Notes under the pieces: model-generated
Database searches by the model: none
What the model saw: the letters and a program-made list of their open reading frames with translations, nothing else
Told to the model about the DNA's origin: nothing
Assembly: GCA_964544295.1 (NCBI GenBank)
Contig: CAZJBJ010000003.1
Coordinates: forward strand, 1 to 52,952
Source: an uncultured Bifidobacteriaceae bacterium
GTDB lineage: Bacteria; Actinomycetota; Acidimicrobiia; IMCC26256; JAENVU01
Direction: 5' to 3'
DNA: 52,952 nt
Shown: positions 15,957-25,772 of the stretch, piece by piece
Numbering within the stretch: the first letter of the stretch is position 1
Layout: every line of letters begins with the position of its first letter
Translations under genes and position numbers: made by a program

Positions 15957-17843
15957 ATGAAGTCCTGGGGAGCAGCGGTCACCGGGGTCGTGCTCGGGAT
16001 GGGGTGGATCGTCGCGCCCGCGATTGCCCCACCCCCCGGCCCGGCCGTGGTGACACCGGGTATCCACTCGGCCGCCGTCAGCGGCTCCGGTGTGGTCGCG
16101 GCAGGGTGGCAGGCCACCGTGCGCTCGCCGGCGAACCTGGTCGGCGTGCGCTGGGATGGCGATCCGGACGCGCGGTTCCGGGTGGAAGCCCAGAACCGGT
16201 CCGGCACCTGGCAGGCGATCACCGACGTCGGATTCGAGTCGGAACACCAGCCGGATCCGGGGACCCTCGAGGCGGAGCGGGCCGCGACGCGACCGGCGAG
16301 CGACGCCGTGTGGGTCGGTGATGCGGCCGCGGTCCGCGTCCGGTTGACGAGTGGCACGGCCCGGGACGTGACGGTGGAGCGCGTGATGAGTCCGCCGGCC
16401 TCACCCCGGTCCGGGGTGGCGAGCGCGGCGACCGTGGCGATGCCCGGCATCGTCTCGCGGGGCGAGTGGGGTGCCGACGAGAACCTGCGCCTGGCGAACT
16501 GTCCCGAGCCGCCCGACATCTCGACCAACACGACCGTCGGGGTCGTCCACCACACGGGCGGGAACAACAACTACGGCCCGCAGGACACGCCGGCCATCGT
16601 CCGAGGGTTGTACGGCTATGCGACCCAGACGCTCAAATACTGCGACACGCACTACAACTTCTTCGTCGACCGCTACGGCCAGATCTTCGAAGGTCGCTAC
16701 GGCAGCGTGTGGGACCCCGTGCGCGCGGCGCACACGACCGGGATGAACACGGGCACGGTCGGGGTCGCGTTGATCGGGAACTTCCAGAACGTCCCGCCGC
16801 CTGCGGCCGCCATCGACGCGCTCGAACGGCTGTTGGCCTGGAAGTTGAACCTGCACGGCGTCGATCCGCGGCGCTCGGTGGACTACACGCCGCTCTCGAA
16901 TACGGATCGTTGGCCCGCCGGTGTGACCCGGACCATTCCCTACATCGTGGGCCACCGCGATCCCGGGTCCACGGACTGCCCGGGGAACTTCGTGTACTCG
17001 CAGCTACCGAAGATCCGGCTCGCAGTGGCGGGACGCATCCTGAGCGGCCAAGCCGACGTCGTGTCCAACCATGCGATCTCGGGGTCGGCGCCGAAGCTGG
17101 CCGTGGCCAGTTCGTACGGTGTCGTGTATCCCGCGGGTGGCGCGCCCGAACTTCGGGCCGCCGCGGTCTGGCCGAACTGGTCGATCGCGCGCGACATCGA
17201 ACTGTCCGATTGGAGCCCGGGCGGGTGGACGCTCGACGGGTTCGGTGGCGTGCACCCGTTCCAGGGCGCGCCGTCGTTGGGAGCCGGTCCGTACTGGCCG
17301 GGGTTCGCGATCGCCCGTGATCTCGTCGTGCGTCCGGGCGGCGGCGGGTGGATCCTCGACGGCCTGGGCGCGGTGCACGCCTTCGGTGGCGCACCGTCGT
17401 TGGGACGCGGTCCCTACTGGCCGGGGTTCGACATCGCCCGCAAGCTCGTGCGCTTCAGCGCCGGCTGGTACGTCATGGACGCCTACGGCGCCCTGCACCC
17501 GTTGGGCAACGCCCCGCCGGTCTACGGCCCCTACTGGCCCGGCTGGCAGATCGCCCGGGACGTCGCGGCGAATCCCGACGGTCCCGGCGGGTACATCCTC
17601 GACGGGTACGGCGGCGTCACCCCCGTGGGCGGCGCGCCACGTGTGAGTGGTGTGCCGTACTTCGGCCGGGACGTGGCGCGCGGTTTCGTCGTCCTGCCGG
17701 GCGGCCGCGGCTACACCGTGCGAGAGGACGGGTACCTCGCCCGCTTCGGTGGGGCGCCCACGGTGTCGCAGAGCCGCAACACGTGGCGGAACGCCGCGCC
17801 CATCACGACACCGTGGGTCGTGATCGGGGTCGCGGCTGCCTGA
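15957..17843 (+). CDS. Secreted N-acetylmuramoyl-L-alanine amidase (PGRP/Amidase_2) with C-terminal repeat domain
   Basis: Signal peptide; IVSRGEWGADE, VVHHTGG, YNFFVDRYGQIFEGR, AAHT..N, GHRD...TDCPG; about five ~40-aa C-terminal repeats. Confidence 0.9.
   Translation: MKSWGAAVTGVVLGMGWIVAPAIAPPPGPAVVTPGIHSAAVSGSGVVAAGWQATVRSPANLVGVRWDGDPDARFRVEAQNRSGTWQAITDVGFESEHQPDPGTLEAERAATRPASDAVWVGDAAAVRVRLTSGTARDVTVERVMSPPASPRSGVASAATVAMPGIVSRGEWGADENLRLANCPEPPDISTNTTVGVVHHTGGNNNYGPQDTPAIVRGLYGYATQTLKYCDTHYNFFVDRYGQIFEGRYGSVWDPVRAAHTTGMNTGTVGVALIGNFQNVPPPAAAIDALERLLAWKLNLHGVDPRRSVDYTPLSNTDRWPAGVTRTIPYIVGHRDPGSTDCPGNFVYSQLPKIRLAVAGRILSGQADVVSNHAISGSAPKLAVASSYGVVYPAGGAPELRAAAVWPNWSIARDIELSDWSPGGWTLDGFGGVHPFQGAPSLGAGPYWPGFAIARDLVVRPGGGGWILDGLGAVHAFGGAPSLGRGPYWPGFDIARKLVRFSAGWYVMDAYGALHPLGNAPPVYGPYWPGWQIARDVAANPDGPGGYILDGYGGVTPVGGAPRVSGVPYFGRDVARGFVVLPGGRGYTVREDGYLARFGGAPTVSQSRNTWRNAAPITTPWVVIGVAAA
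17165..17760 (+). repeat. Intragenic ~40-aa tandem repeats (PYWPGxxIARD...GGxxLDGxGxVHxxGGAP)
   Basis: Visible in protein and DNA (e.g. GGTCCGTACTGGCCGGGGTTCG and GGTCCCTACTGGCCGGGGTTCG). Confidence 0.85.
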
Positions 17844-17875
17844 TCGGGCACTGCCTCGAGGCGGTTGGCCGCGAA

Positions 17876-19204
17876 TCAGAGGTCGAGCGGTTCGTGTTCG
17901 ATCTGGCTGATGAGCGAGTCGATGCTCGCGTCGACGCCGCCGCGCATCCGCGCCGCGAGCGTGAAGCTCATCACGGCAGCGGTGATGATGGTTCCCGCGA
18001 GGAAGCCGATCTCGACGCGGAGCGCGAGATCCGAGATGGCCGATGCACCGATGACGAATGCGACCACGCCGGCGCCCCACGCGATGGCGACTTCCTTGTG
18101 GCCGTGCAGTGCGATCAAGGCCTGGGCGATCGTCAAGGCGATGATGAAGACGCCGTTCCCGGCGACGAGGAGCCCGAGGTCGACGGCACCGATGTCGAAC
18201 GGCGGGAACAGCTTCTCGCCGATCGGAACACCCACGGCAAATGCCGCCGCAGTTCCGAGCGCCGCGATACCGCAGACGAGCACCATGAGTTGGCGGAATC
18301 CGCTCCGGAACTCGTCGTGCCGACCGGCGCCGGCGAGGCCGGCGAGCTTCGGCAACAGCGTGCCCTGCACGGCTTGGAACAGCAGTGGCGGGATCCGACC
18401 GACGAAGAACGCACTGCTCAACGCGGCGGCGATCGCCGCGTCCTCGTGGCCGCGCAGAATGCCGACCCCCAACAGCACCGAGTACCCCAGCACCTGCATC
18501 AGCAGCGAGCCCGCGAGCAGCCAGCCGAGCGTGGTCGACAGCTCGGAGTACGGAGCGGGTGGGCCTTCCTGGAGCAGTCCCTTCTGGCCGATCAGGGCGA
18601 TGCCGGTGGCCAGGAACGGTGAGAGCGCGATGCAGAGCCCGTACGGCCCGGCCGTGTCGACCCCGAGCTTCCAGAGCACGAGGGCCGCGGCGAGCTTGGA
18701 GCTGCCGTCGATCGCCAGGATCTTGCCGTAGGGAACGAAGCGACCGTTGCCCGAGAGTGTGCCCCGGGTGAGGTGCATGAAGGCGAAGCCGAACAGTCCG
18801 ATGGCCAGGCTGATGACGAGGAGCCAGTCGCCGTGGAACAACCCGTCGACGTAGAGCGGGGCCCCGGCGACGGCCACGACCGCCATCACACCGGTGAGCG
18901 CGGCACCGAGCCGTGCCGCGCGGTGTACCAGCGGGCCGCCCCCGAGGTTCTGGGCGCGCCGGTGGGCCAACGCGCGGCCGACCTCCTGCTCCAAGGGGAG
19001 GAACAGGCCCGGTCCGGCGACGAAGATGAACCCCCAGAACGCGTTGAACGCGTTGAACGGCCGGTCGGGGAGGGCCTGGCGGGCGACGGTCAGGAAGATG
19101 AACGTGGTGACCGCGGTGATCATCAGGCCGACGCCGACGGCGATCGTGCCCTCGGGCACGGCGTCCCGGGTCTTGCCGATGAGCTTCTCGGCCCGATCTT
19201 TCAC
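17876..19204 (-). CDS. Polysaccharide flippase / Wzx-like MOP-family membrane protein
   Basis: About 12 hydrophobic helices; GPGLFLPLEQEVGRALA, RGTLSGNGRF..YG, RIPPLLFQAVQGTLLPKLA. Start GTG 19204; the longer track ORF is an antisense shadow of lpdA. Confidence 0.8.
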   Translation of the reverse strand: MKDRAEKLIGKTRDAVPEGTIAVGVGLMITAVTTFIFLTVARQALPDRPFNAFNAFWGFIFVAGPGLFLPLEQEVGRALAHRRAQNLGGGPLVHRAARLGAALTGVMAVVAVAGAPLYVDGLFHGDWLLVISLAIGLFGFAFMHLTRGTLSGNGRFVPYGKILAIDGSSKLAAALVLWKLGVDTAGPYGLCIALSPFLATGIALIGQKGLLQEGPPAPYSELSTTLGWLLAGSLLMQVLGYSVLLGVGILRGHEDAAIAAALSSAFFVGRIPPLLFQAVQGTLLPKLAGLAGAGRHDEFRSGFRQLMVLVCGIAALGTAAAFAVGVPIGEKLFPPFDIGAVDLGLLVAGNGVFIIALTIAQALIALHGHKEVAIAWGAGVVAFVIGASAISDLALRVEIGFLAGTIITAAVMSFTLAARMRGGVDASIDSLISQIEHEPLDL

Positions 19205-19357
19205 GCGTGGCGACCCGATCTTCGCGGTGAGGGACTCGGCGGTCAGACGTACCGCCCGAAAGCCGCGTGAGTGTACCTGGGTCGACCTCCGGGGACGGTC
19301 ACACCTGCGATCGCGCCCGGTCGGGCGTGGCCGATCGTCGTCCGCGAAGATGGCAGG

Positions 19358-19450
19358 GTGAAGACGCGCACCTTGCTCGTGTTGGCTCTCGTGACCGGTC
19401 TGGCCATCCTGGTCGCCGGAATCCTCCAGATCACTGCAGGCACTCGGTGA
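19358..19450 (+). CDS. Small single-pass membrane peptide, 30 aa MKTRTLLVLALVTGLAILVAGILQITAGTR
   Basis: Below the ORF-track cutoff; basic N-terminus plus ~18 hydrophobic residues; GC3-biased codons; same strand and just upstream of lpdA. Confidence 0.55.
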   Translation: MKTRTLLVLALVTGLAILVAGILQITAGTR

Positions 19451-19513
19451 CGCTGCGGGGCCGCATGAACGAGAATGGGCGTCTCCATCGATTCCCGACC
19501 CCGGAGGCATCTC

Positions 19514-20902
19514 GTGGCTGAGCAGTTCGACGTCGTGGTGCTCGGCGGTGGTCCCGGCGGGTATGCCGCGGCGCTCTACGGCGCCGCCGCCGGTCTCCAC
19601 ATCGCGCTGGTCGAGGAGGCTCGGATCGGCGGGACGTGTCTGCATCGCGGCTGCATTCCGGCCAAGGAGCTGCTCCAGACGGCCGAGGTGCTGCGCACGG
19701 TCCGCAACGCCAAGGAGTTCGGCGTCGACGCCGGACAACCGACGGTCGATCTCGCCACCAGCCTGGCCCGGAAACAGACGGTGGTCGATCGTCTCACCAA
19801 GGGGCTCGAGGGTCTGCTCAAGGGCCGCAAGGTCACCGTGTTCCCGGGGACCGGCACCGTGCTCGACGCGGCGGCGCGGCGGGTGCGCGTCTCCGACGGC
19901 ACCGAACTCGAGGGCACGGCACTGATCCTCGCCACCGGCTCGGCCCCGCGTTCGATCCCCGGGTTCGACTTCGACGGCGAGCGCATCCTGTCGTCCGACC
20001 ACGTGTTGAACATGGATCAGGTGCCCGGACGGGTCGCGATCATCGGTGGTGGCGCGATCGGCTGTGAGTTCGCGTCGTACCTCGCCGATGTCGGCAGCGA
20101 CGTCACCGTGCTCGAGGCGTTGCCGAGCATCTTGCCCGGCGTCGACAAGCAGGTGGCCGACGTCGTCGCCCGCGCGTTCAAGAAGCGGCGGATCACGGTC
20201 GAGGCCGGCATCAGCGTCACCGGCTACGACGCCGGCGACGCCCTCACGGTGCACGCACAGCGCGGCGACGAACACACGGACATCGAGGTCGACGCCATCA
20301 TCGTGAGTGTCGGGCGCCGGCCCCGCTCCGAGTCCGTCGGGCTGGAGGGTTCCGCGGTGGTCGTCGACGACCGGGGATTCATCACCGTCGACGATCACAT
20401 GCGCACCTCGGTGCCCGGGGTCTACGCGGTCGGCGATGTCGTGGCAACGCCGGCATTGGCACACGTCGGGTTCGCCGAAGCGATCGTGGCGATCAAGACG
20501 ATCCTCGGCGAGGACGTCGTGCCGATCGACTACGACCGGGTGCCGTGGGGCATCTACTGCCATCCGGAAGTGTCCTTCACCGGCCTCACCGAGCAGGCGG
20601 CGATCGACCGCGGCTACGACGTCGAGGTGTCGGCGCACCGGTTCATGGGGAACGGTCGCGCCTTGATCATCGGTGAGTCCGACGGCATGGTGAAGATCGT
20701 CGCCGAGCGCGGCAGCGGCGTGATCCTCGGCGTCCACATCGCCGGTCCCTGGGCCACCGAGTTGATCGGCGAGGGGTACCTCGCGGTGAACTGGGAGGCC
20801 ACCGCCGCGGACCTCGGCGCGCTGATCCATCCGCATCCGACCTTGGGCGAACTCTTCGGTGAATCGGCGCTCGCGCTCACCGGCCGTTCGCTCCACGGGT
20901 AA
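19514..20902 (+). CDS. lpdA: Dihydrolipoyl dehydrogenase (E3)
   Basis: GGGPGGY, GGTCLHRGCIPAK redox disulfide, GGGAIGCE, IHPHPTLGE; GGAGG SD before GTG. Confidence 0.95.
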   Translation: MAEQFDVVVLGGGPGGYAAALYGAAAGLHIALVEEARIGGTCLHRGCIPAKELLQTAEVLRTVRNAKEFGVDAGQPTVDLATSLARKQTVVDRLTKGLEGLLKGRKVTVFPGTGTVLDAAARRVRVSDGTELEGTALILATGSAPRSIPGFDFDGERILSSDHVLNMDQVPGRVAIIGGGAIGCEFASYLADVGSDVTVLEALPSILPGVDKQVADVVARAFKKRRITVEAGISVTGYDAGDALTVHAQRGDEHTDIEVDAIIVSVGRRPRSESVGLEGSAVVVDDRGFITVDDHMRTSVPGVYAVGDVVATPALAHVGFAEAIVAIKTILGEDVVPIDYDRVPWGIYCHPEVSFTGLTEQAAIDRGYDVEVSAHRFMGNGRALIIGESDGMVKIVAERGSGVILGVHIAGPWATELIGEGYLAVNWEATAADLGALIHPHPTLGELFGESALALTGRSLHG

Positions 20903-20916
20903 CGAAGGGAACCACA

Positions 20917-22251
20917 GTGGACGTGACGATGCCCCAACTGGGCGAGACGGTCACCGAAGGCACGATCACGAAGTGGTTGAAGGCGGTGGGCGAGCCGGTC
21001 GCGCTCGACGAGCCGCTCTTCGAGGTCTCGACCGACAAGGTCGACTCCGAGGTGCCGTCGCCGGTCGCCGGGGTGCTCACCGAGATCGTGGTGCCCGAAG
21101 GCGACACCGTCGACGTCGGCGCGCGCCTCGCCGTGATCGGTGGTGCCGGCGACGAAGCTGCGGGCGTTGCCCCGGCCGTTGTCGACGAGCCGGCCTCGGC
21201 CGGCGCACCTCCGGTCGAAGCCGCGCCGCCAGCCGCTCCGCCGACTCCGCCGCCGGCTCCTGCACCGACGCCGCCACCTCCACCTCCTGCTCCAGCCGTT
21301 CCTGCTCCCGCTCCCGTCCCCGTTCCTCCGCCGGCGGCTCCGGCCGCCGCACCGGACGGTGCGGGATCGGTCACCTCGCCGCTCGTGCGGCGCATGATTT
21401 CCGAGCGCGGCCTGGACCCGGCGCGGATCGTCGGGACCGGCGAGGGGGGTCGCATCACGCGACGTGACGTCGAGGCGGCAGGCCGAAGCGGGACGGCCGT
21501 GGCCCCCAGTGCGCCGACACCGGCCCGGATGGTCACGGGTGACGAGCGCGTGCCGTTCGACAACATCCGCCGTCGTACCGCCGAGCACATGGTCATGTCC
21601 AAGGCGGTCAGCGCCCACGTCGCGACGGCGGTCGAAGTCGACTTCGAGCGCGTCGAGCGGGTCCGGCGCGTGCACGGCGACACCTTCCGGGCCGAGGAAG
21701 GATTCGGGCTCACGTACCTGCCGTTCATCGTGCGGGCCTTCTGCGACGCGGTGCACACCTTCCCGGCGGTGAATGCCACCGTCGACGGTGACGCGCTCGT
21801 GATCCACCACGACGTGCACCTGGGGATCGCAGTCGATCTCGATTTCTCGGGGCTCATCGCGCCGGTCATCCGGTCGGTCGACACCAAACGCCTCCGCTCC
21901 GTCGCGCGCGAGATCCACGATCTCGCGGGGCGCGCCCGGAGCAAGCAGTTGGGGCCCGACGAGATCATGGGCGGCACGTTCACGATCACCAACATGGGGC
22001 CGTTCGGCACGATGTTCACGGTGCCGATCATCAATCAGCCCCAGGTGGGGATCCTCGCGACCGACGCGGTTCGGAAGCGCCCGGTCGTGGTCGAGGGCCC
22101 CGACGGCGAGGACTCGATCGCGATCCATTCGGTCGGGGTCCTCACGCTCACCTGGGATCACCGCGCGTTCGACGGCGCCTACGCCGCGTCGTTCCTCCAT
22201 GCGGTCGCGCAGATCATCGAGACGCGCGACTGGGAAGCCGAACTCGCGTAG
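20917..22251 (+). CDS. 2-oxoacid dehydrogenase E2 (dihydrolipoamide acyltransferase), one lipoyl domain
   Basis: MPQLGETVTEGTI, STDKVDSE lipoyl-Lys, Pro/Ala linker, SPLVRR...GTGEGGRIT E3-binding domain, WDHRAFDG. Confidence 0.93.
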   Translation: MDVTMPQLGETVTEGTITKWLKAVGEPVALDEPLFEVSTDKVDSEVPSPVAGVLTEIVVPEGDTVDVGARLAVIGGAGDEAAGVAPAVVDEPASAGAPPVEAAPPAAPPTPPPAPAPTPPPPPPAPAVPAPAPVPVPPPAAPAAAPDGAGSVTSPLVRRMISERGLDPARIVGTGEGGRITRRDVEAAGRSGTAVAPSAPTPARMVTGDERVPFDNIRRRTAEHMVMSKAVSAHVATAVEVDFERVERVRRVHGDTFRAEEGFGLTYLPFIVRAFCDAVHTFPAVNATVDGDALVIHHDVHLGIAVDLDFSGLIAPVIRSVDTKRLRSVAREIHDLAGRARSKQLGPDEIMGGTFTITNMGPFGTMFTVPIINQPQVGILATDAVRKRPVVVEGPDGEDSIAIHSVGVLTLTWDHRAFDGAYAASFLHAVAQIIETRDWEAELA

Positions 22252-23795
22252 TGGGCGCGTTGCGCGCTCGCTGGCTGGGGCGGGTTCCCTACGGTGAAGC
22301 GCTGGCGTTGCAGCGGGCACTACACGGCGGCACCGAGGACGACTATCTCCTCCTTCTGGAGCATCCGCACACCTACACGCTGGGGAAGCGGGCCGACCCA
22401 GCGCACGTCCTGGTCGATCCCGCAGCGGTCGGCGCGACGCTGATCACGACCGACCGCGGTGGCGACGTCACTTACCACGGGCCTGGCCAACTCGTCGGCT
22501 ACCCGATCGGCGAACTGGCGGAGTCGCCGGCCGGTACCCGGGACGTCGTCGCGCACGTGCGGCGGATCGAAGCGGCGTTGATCTCGGTGTTGGCCGAGTT
22601 CGGCATCCGCGGCGATCGGGTCGACGGTCGCAGCGGGGTCTGGGTCGGCAACGAGAAGATCGCCGCGATCGGTGTGCGCGTCGCGCGCGGACGCACCATG
22701 CACGGGTTCGCACTCAACGTCGACTGCGATCTCACGATGTTCGACCACATCGTCCCGTGCGGCATCCGAGACGCCGGGGTGACATCGATGGCCGCGCAGC
22801 TCGGCGGCGCGCCGGACATGGCCGACGTCGTCGATGCCGTGACGGCGGCCTGGGCCTCGACGGTCGCCGCGCCGGACCTGGATGTCGCCTCGGTCGGGTT
22901 CGTCCGCCCGAGCGAACCTGCCGCGGTAGCGATCGGACGGCGCCCGGGATGGATGAAGGTCACCGCCGACCTCGGCCCCGAGTACCGCCGGCTCAAGCGC
23001 CTGGTGCACGACCAGGAGCTCCACACCGTGTGCGAGGAAGCGGGCTGTCCGAACATCTTCGAGTGCTGGTCGCAGCGCACGGCCACGTTCATGATCCTCG
23101 GTGATCGGTGCACCCGGGCGTGCGGGTTCTGTCTGGTCGACACCCGCAAGCCGTTCCCGATCGATCCCGACGAACCGCGGCGGGTCGCCGCGGCGGTCGC
23201 GACGCTGGGCCTGGCCCACGCGGTGATCACGAGCGTGGCGCGTGACGACGTCGCCGACGGCGGCGCGGCGGGATTCGCGGCGACGATCCACGCGGTGCGC
23301 GAGCAGAACCCGGAGACGACCATCGAGGTGCTGATCCCGGACTGCAAGGGCGACGCCGACGATCTCGGGGTCATCTTCGCGGCGCGTCCGGATGTGCTGA
23401 ACCACAACCTCGAGACGGTCGCACGACTGCAACGGCGGGCGCGCCCGTCGGCCGGCTACGCCCGGTCCTTGACCGTGCTGGCCCGATCCAAGGCGGCGGG
23501 GCTCGTCACGAAGTCGGGCATCATCCTCGGCCTCGGCGAGGAAGCACACGAGGTGCGGTCGGCCATCGCCGATCTCCGTAACGTCGGCGTCGACATCCTC
23601 ACGCTCGGGCAGTACCTCCAGCCGTCGGCGGCGCACCTGCCGGTCGCCCGGTGGGTCACCCCGGAGGACTTCGCGGAGCTGGGTGAGTACGCCCGCGGGC
23701 TCGGATTCGCGCACGTCGAGTCCGGTCCGCTGGTGCGCTCCAGCTACCACGCGCGCGACGGTGCCGATGCGACGCTCGCGGTCACCGGCGGATGA
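22251..23795 (+). CDS. lipA: Fused octanoyltransferase LipB and lipoyl synthase LipA
   Basis: N-half: LEHPHTYTLG, DRGGDVTYHGPGQLVGYP, KIAAIG, HGFALN, IVPCG (LipB). C-half: CEEAGCPNIFEC, CTRACGFC, RSSYHA (LipA). Single ORF. Confidence 0.93.
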   Translation: MGALRARWLGRVPYGEALALQRALHGGTEDDYLLLLEHPHTYTLGKRADPAHVLVDPAAVGATLITTDRGGDVTYHGPGQLVGYPIGELAESPAGTRDVVAHVRRIEAALISVLAEFGIRGDRVDGRSGVWVGNEKIAAIGVRVARGRTMHGFALNVDCDLTMFDHIVPCGIRDAGVTSMAAQLGGAPDMADVVDAVTAAWASTVAAPDLDVASVGFVRPSEPAAVAIGRRPGWMKVTADLGPEYRRLKRLVHDQELHTVCEEAGCPNIFECWSQRTATFMILGDRCTRACGFCLVDTRKPFPIDPDEPRRVAAAVATLGLAHAVITSVARDDVADGGAAGFAATIHAVREQNPETTIEVLIPDCKGDADDLGVIFAARPDVLNHNLETVARLQRRARPSAGYARSLTVLARSKAAGLVTKSGIILGLGEEAHEVRSAIADLRNVGVDILTLGQYLQPSAAHLPVARWVTPEDFAELGEYARGLGFAHVESGPLVRSSYHARDGADATLAVTGG

Positions 23796-24880
23796 CGCCA
23801 CCGTTCGCGACGCGCCAAGCAGCCGCGCGGGCCGCGCTCGAGCAGCATGGTCTCGACGCGTTGCTCCTCTCCGTCGGCGCCGACCTGCCGTACTTCACCG
23901 GGTACGAGGCGATGCCCCTGGAACGACTCACGATGCTGGTGCTCCCGCGCGACGGCGAGGCCACGTTGGTCGTCCCGGAGCTGGAAGCGCCCCGGGTGCC
24001 GGCGAACGACGCGTGCACGGTGCGCGCCTGGCCCGAGGGTGACGATCCGGTGGAGATCGTCACCGAACTCGTCGGGTCGGCCGCGGGCATCGCCATCGGC
24101 GACCACACCTGGACGACGTTCACGCTCGCGCTCCAGACCGCGATCCCGGGCGCCCGGTTCGTCCCGGCGAGTCGCGTCACCGGTCCGCTGCGGTCGGTCA
24201 AGGACGACGCCGAGATCACCGCGCTCCGCGCCGCCGCGCACGCGGTCGACGCGGTCGCGGCCGAGATGCGCGCCCGTCCGTTCGGGGGCCGCACCGAGCG
24301 GGACCTGAGTCGCGAGTTCGTCGACCGCATGCTGGCGCACGGTCACGACCGGCCGAACTTCGCCATCGTCGGATCGGGTCCCAACGGCGCGTCCCCGCAC
24401 CACGACGCCGGCGACCGGGTGGTGGGTGCCGGTGACGTCGTCGTTTGCGATTTCGGCGGGACGATGGCGGGCTACTGCTCGGACATCACCCGGATGTTCG
24501 TCGTCGGCCGGCCCACCGCGGAAGTCGTCGAGACGTACGCCGCGCTCGTCGTGGCCCAGGAAGCCGCCGTCCAGGCCGCGGTCGTCGGAACATCGTGCGC
24601 CGCCGTCGACGCCGTCGCCCGGGACTCGCTCGACGGCGCCGGGCTCGGCGCCGCGTTCATTCACCGCACCGGTCACGGCATCGGGCTCGACGCCCACGAG
24701 GATCCCTACATCGCGTCCGGGAACGAGACGCCGCTCGCCGCCGGTCACGCGTTCAGCATCGAACCCGGTGTGTACTTTCCCGGTCGGTTCGGCATGCGGC
24801 TCGAGGACATCGTCGTGGCCACCGCGGACGGGCCGGACCGTCTGAACCGCGCGCCGCGCGACCTGGCCGTCGTGGACTGA
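23792..24880 (+). CDS. Xaa-Pro peptidase (M24 family)
   Basis: PHH, DFGG...GYCSDITR, HRTGHGIGLDAHE, FSIEPGVY, GMRLED. Confidence 0.92.
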   Translation: MTPPFATRQAAARAALEQHGLDALLLSVGADLPYFTGYEAMPLERLTMLVLPRDGEATLVVPELEAPRVPANDACTVRAWPEGDDPVEIVTELVGSAAGIAIGDHTWTTFTLALQTAIPGARFVPASRVTGPLRSVKDDAEITALRAAAHAVDAVAAEMRARPFGGRTERDLSREFVDRMLAHGHDRPNFAIVGSGPNGASPHHDAGDRVVGAGDVVVCDFGGTMAGYCSDITRMFVVGRPTAEVVETYAALVVAQEAAVQAAVVGTSCAAVDAVARDSLDGAGLGAAFIHRTGHGIGLDAHEDPYIASGNETPLAAGHAFSIEPGVYFPGRFGMRLEDIVVATADGPDRLNRAPRDLAVVD

Positions 24881-24881
24881 C

Positions 24882-25760
24882 GTGCACCTCGACGCCGCGA
24901 CCATCCTCCTGCAGTGGGCCGCCGGTGGTCTCGCGTTCCTCTGGGTCACGACGCGCGGTCGGCTGGTCAGCCTCGGGTACGGATGGTTGCTCCGCGGCAT
25001 CTACGCCGTGATGGGAGTCGGTGCCATCGCCGCCGAGCTGCGGACCGAACACCGGGGATGGGGCCACTCGCTCTTCCTCGGCGGATCCGCCGCCCTCGTG
25101 GGCGCTGCGCTCGTCGCACTGGTCGTCAGCGTCCTCCGCCGCCGAGCGGGAGTGTCCGGCGCCGACGCGCTCGCAGCCGCCCGCACCGAGCGGGTCGCGG
25201 TCATGGCCGGCCGCGCCGAGGCCGAAGGCCCCGAGCGGGTCGATGACCCGGCGCGCGCGCCGCGCGAGTTCCCGCCGGGTTTCGATCTCCTCGCGCCGAG
25301 CTTCGGGGTGCTCGCCCTCGTGGGTGCCGCGCAGTTCTCGGGGGGTGCGGTGTGGCTGGCCGCGGTGCGGCTCGTCGTCGGCGCGGCCTTCCTCGGGGTG
25401 GTCAGCGACGCGATGCTGCTCGGTCACTGGTACCTGACCCAGCCGGGCCTCCCGCGGGATCCGCTGAAGGAGCTCGTCCGCTGGGCCGGCTACGTCTGGC
25501 CGGTCGAAGTGCTGGTCCTGCTCCTGCCGCCGGGCATGATCGGCGTCCTGGGTGGGAGCCGGTCCGACGGCTACGGCGGGTTGATCGGATGGATGTGGGT
25601 CGTCTGCGCGATCTCCACGGGCGGATTGCTCTGGGTGACCTGGCTCGCGCTGCGCGAGCGTTTCTACTCCGCGGTGATGGCGGCGACGGGCTTGCTCTAC
25701 CTCGCCATCCTCACCGCGTTCGGCACCGACCTCGTCGCCCGGGCGCTCCTCGCGCCGTAA
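24882..25760 (+). CDS. Conserved multi-pass membrane protein of unknown function
   Basis: About 8 TM segments; AMLLGHWYL and YSAVMAATGLLYLA motifs; 1 nt after the peptidase stop. Confidence 0.8.
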   Translation: MHLDAATILLQWAAGGLAFLWVTTRGRLVSLGYGWLLRGIYAVMGVGAIAAELRTEHRGWGHSLFLGGSAALVGAALVALVVSVLRRRAGVSGADALAAARTERVAVMAGRAEAEGPERVDDPARAPREFPPGFDLLAPSFGVLALVGAAQFSGGAVWLAAVRLVVGAAFLGVVSDAMLLGHWYLTQPGLPRDPLKELVRWAGYVWPVEVLVLLLPPGMIGVLGGSRSDGYGGLIGWMWVVCAISTGGLLWVTWLALRERFYSAVMAATGLLYLAILTAFGTDLVARALLAP

Positions 25761-25772
25761 CCGAAGGTTCCC

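Noticed and set aside
21200-21360. Low-complexity CCT/GCT-rich tract
   Set aside because: It is the normal Pro/Ala linker of E2 subunits.
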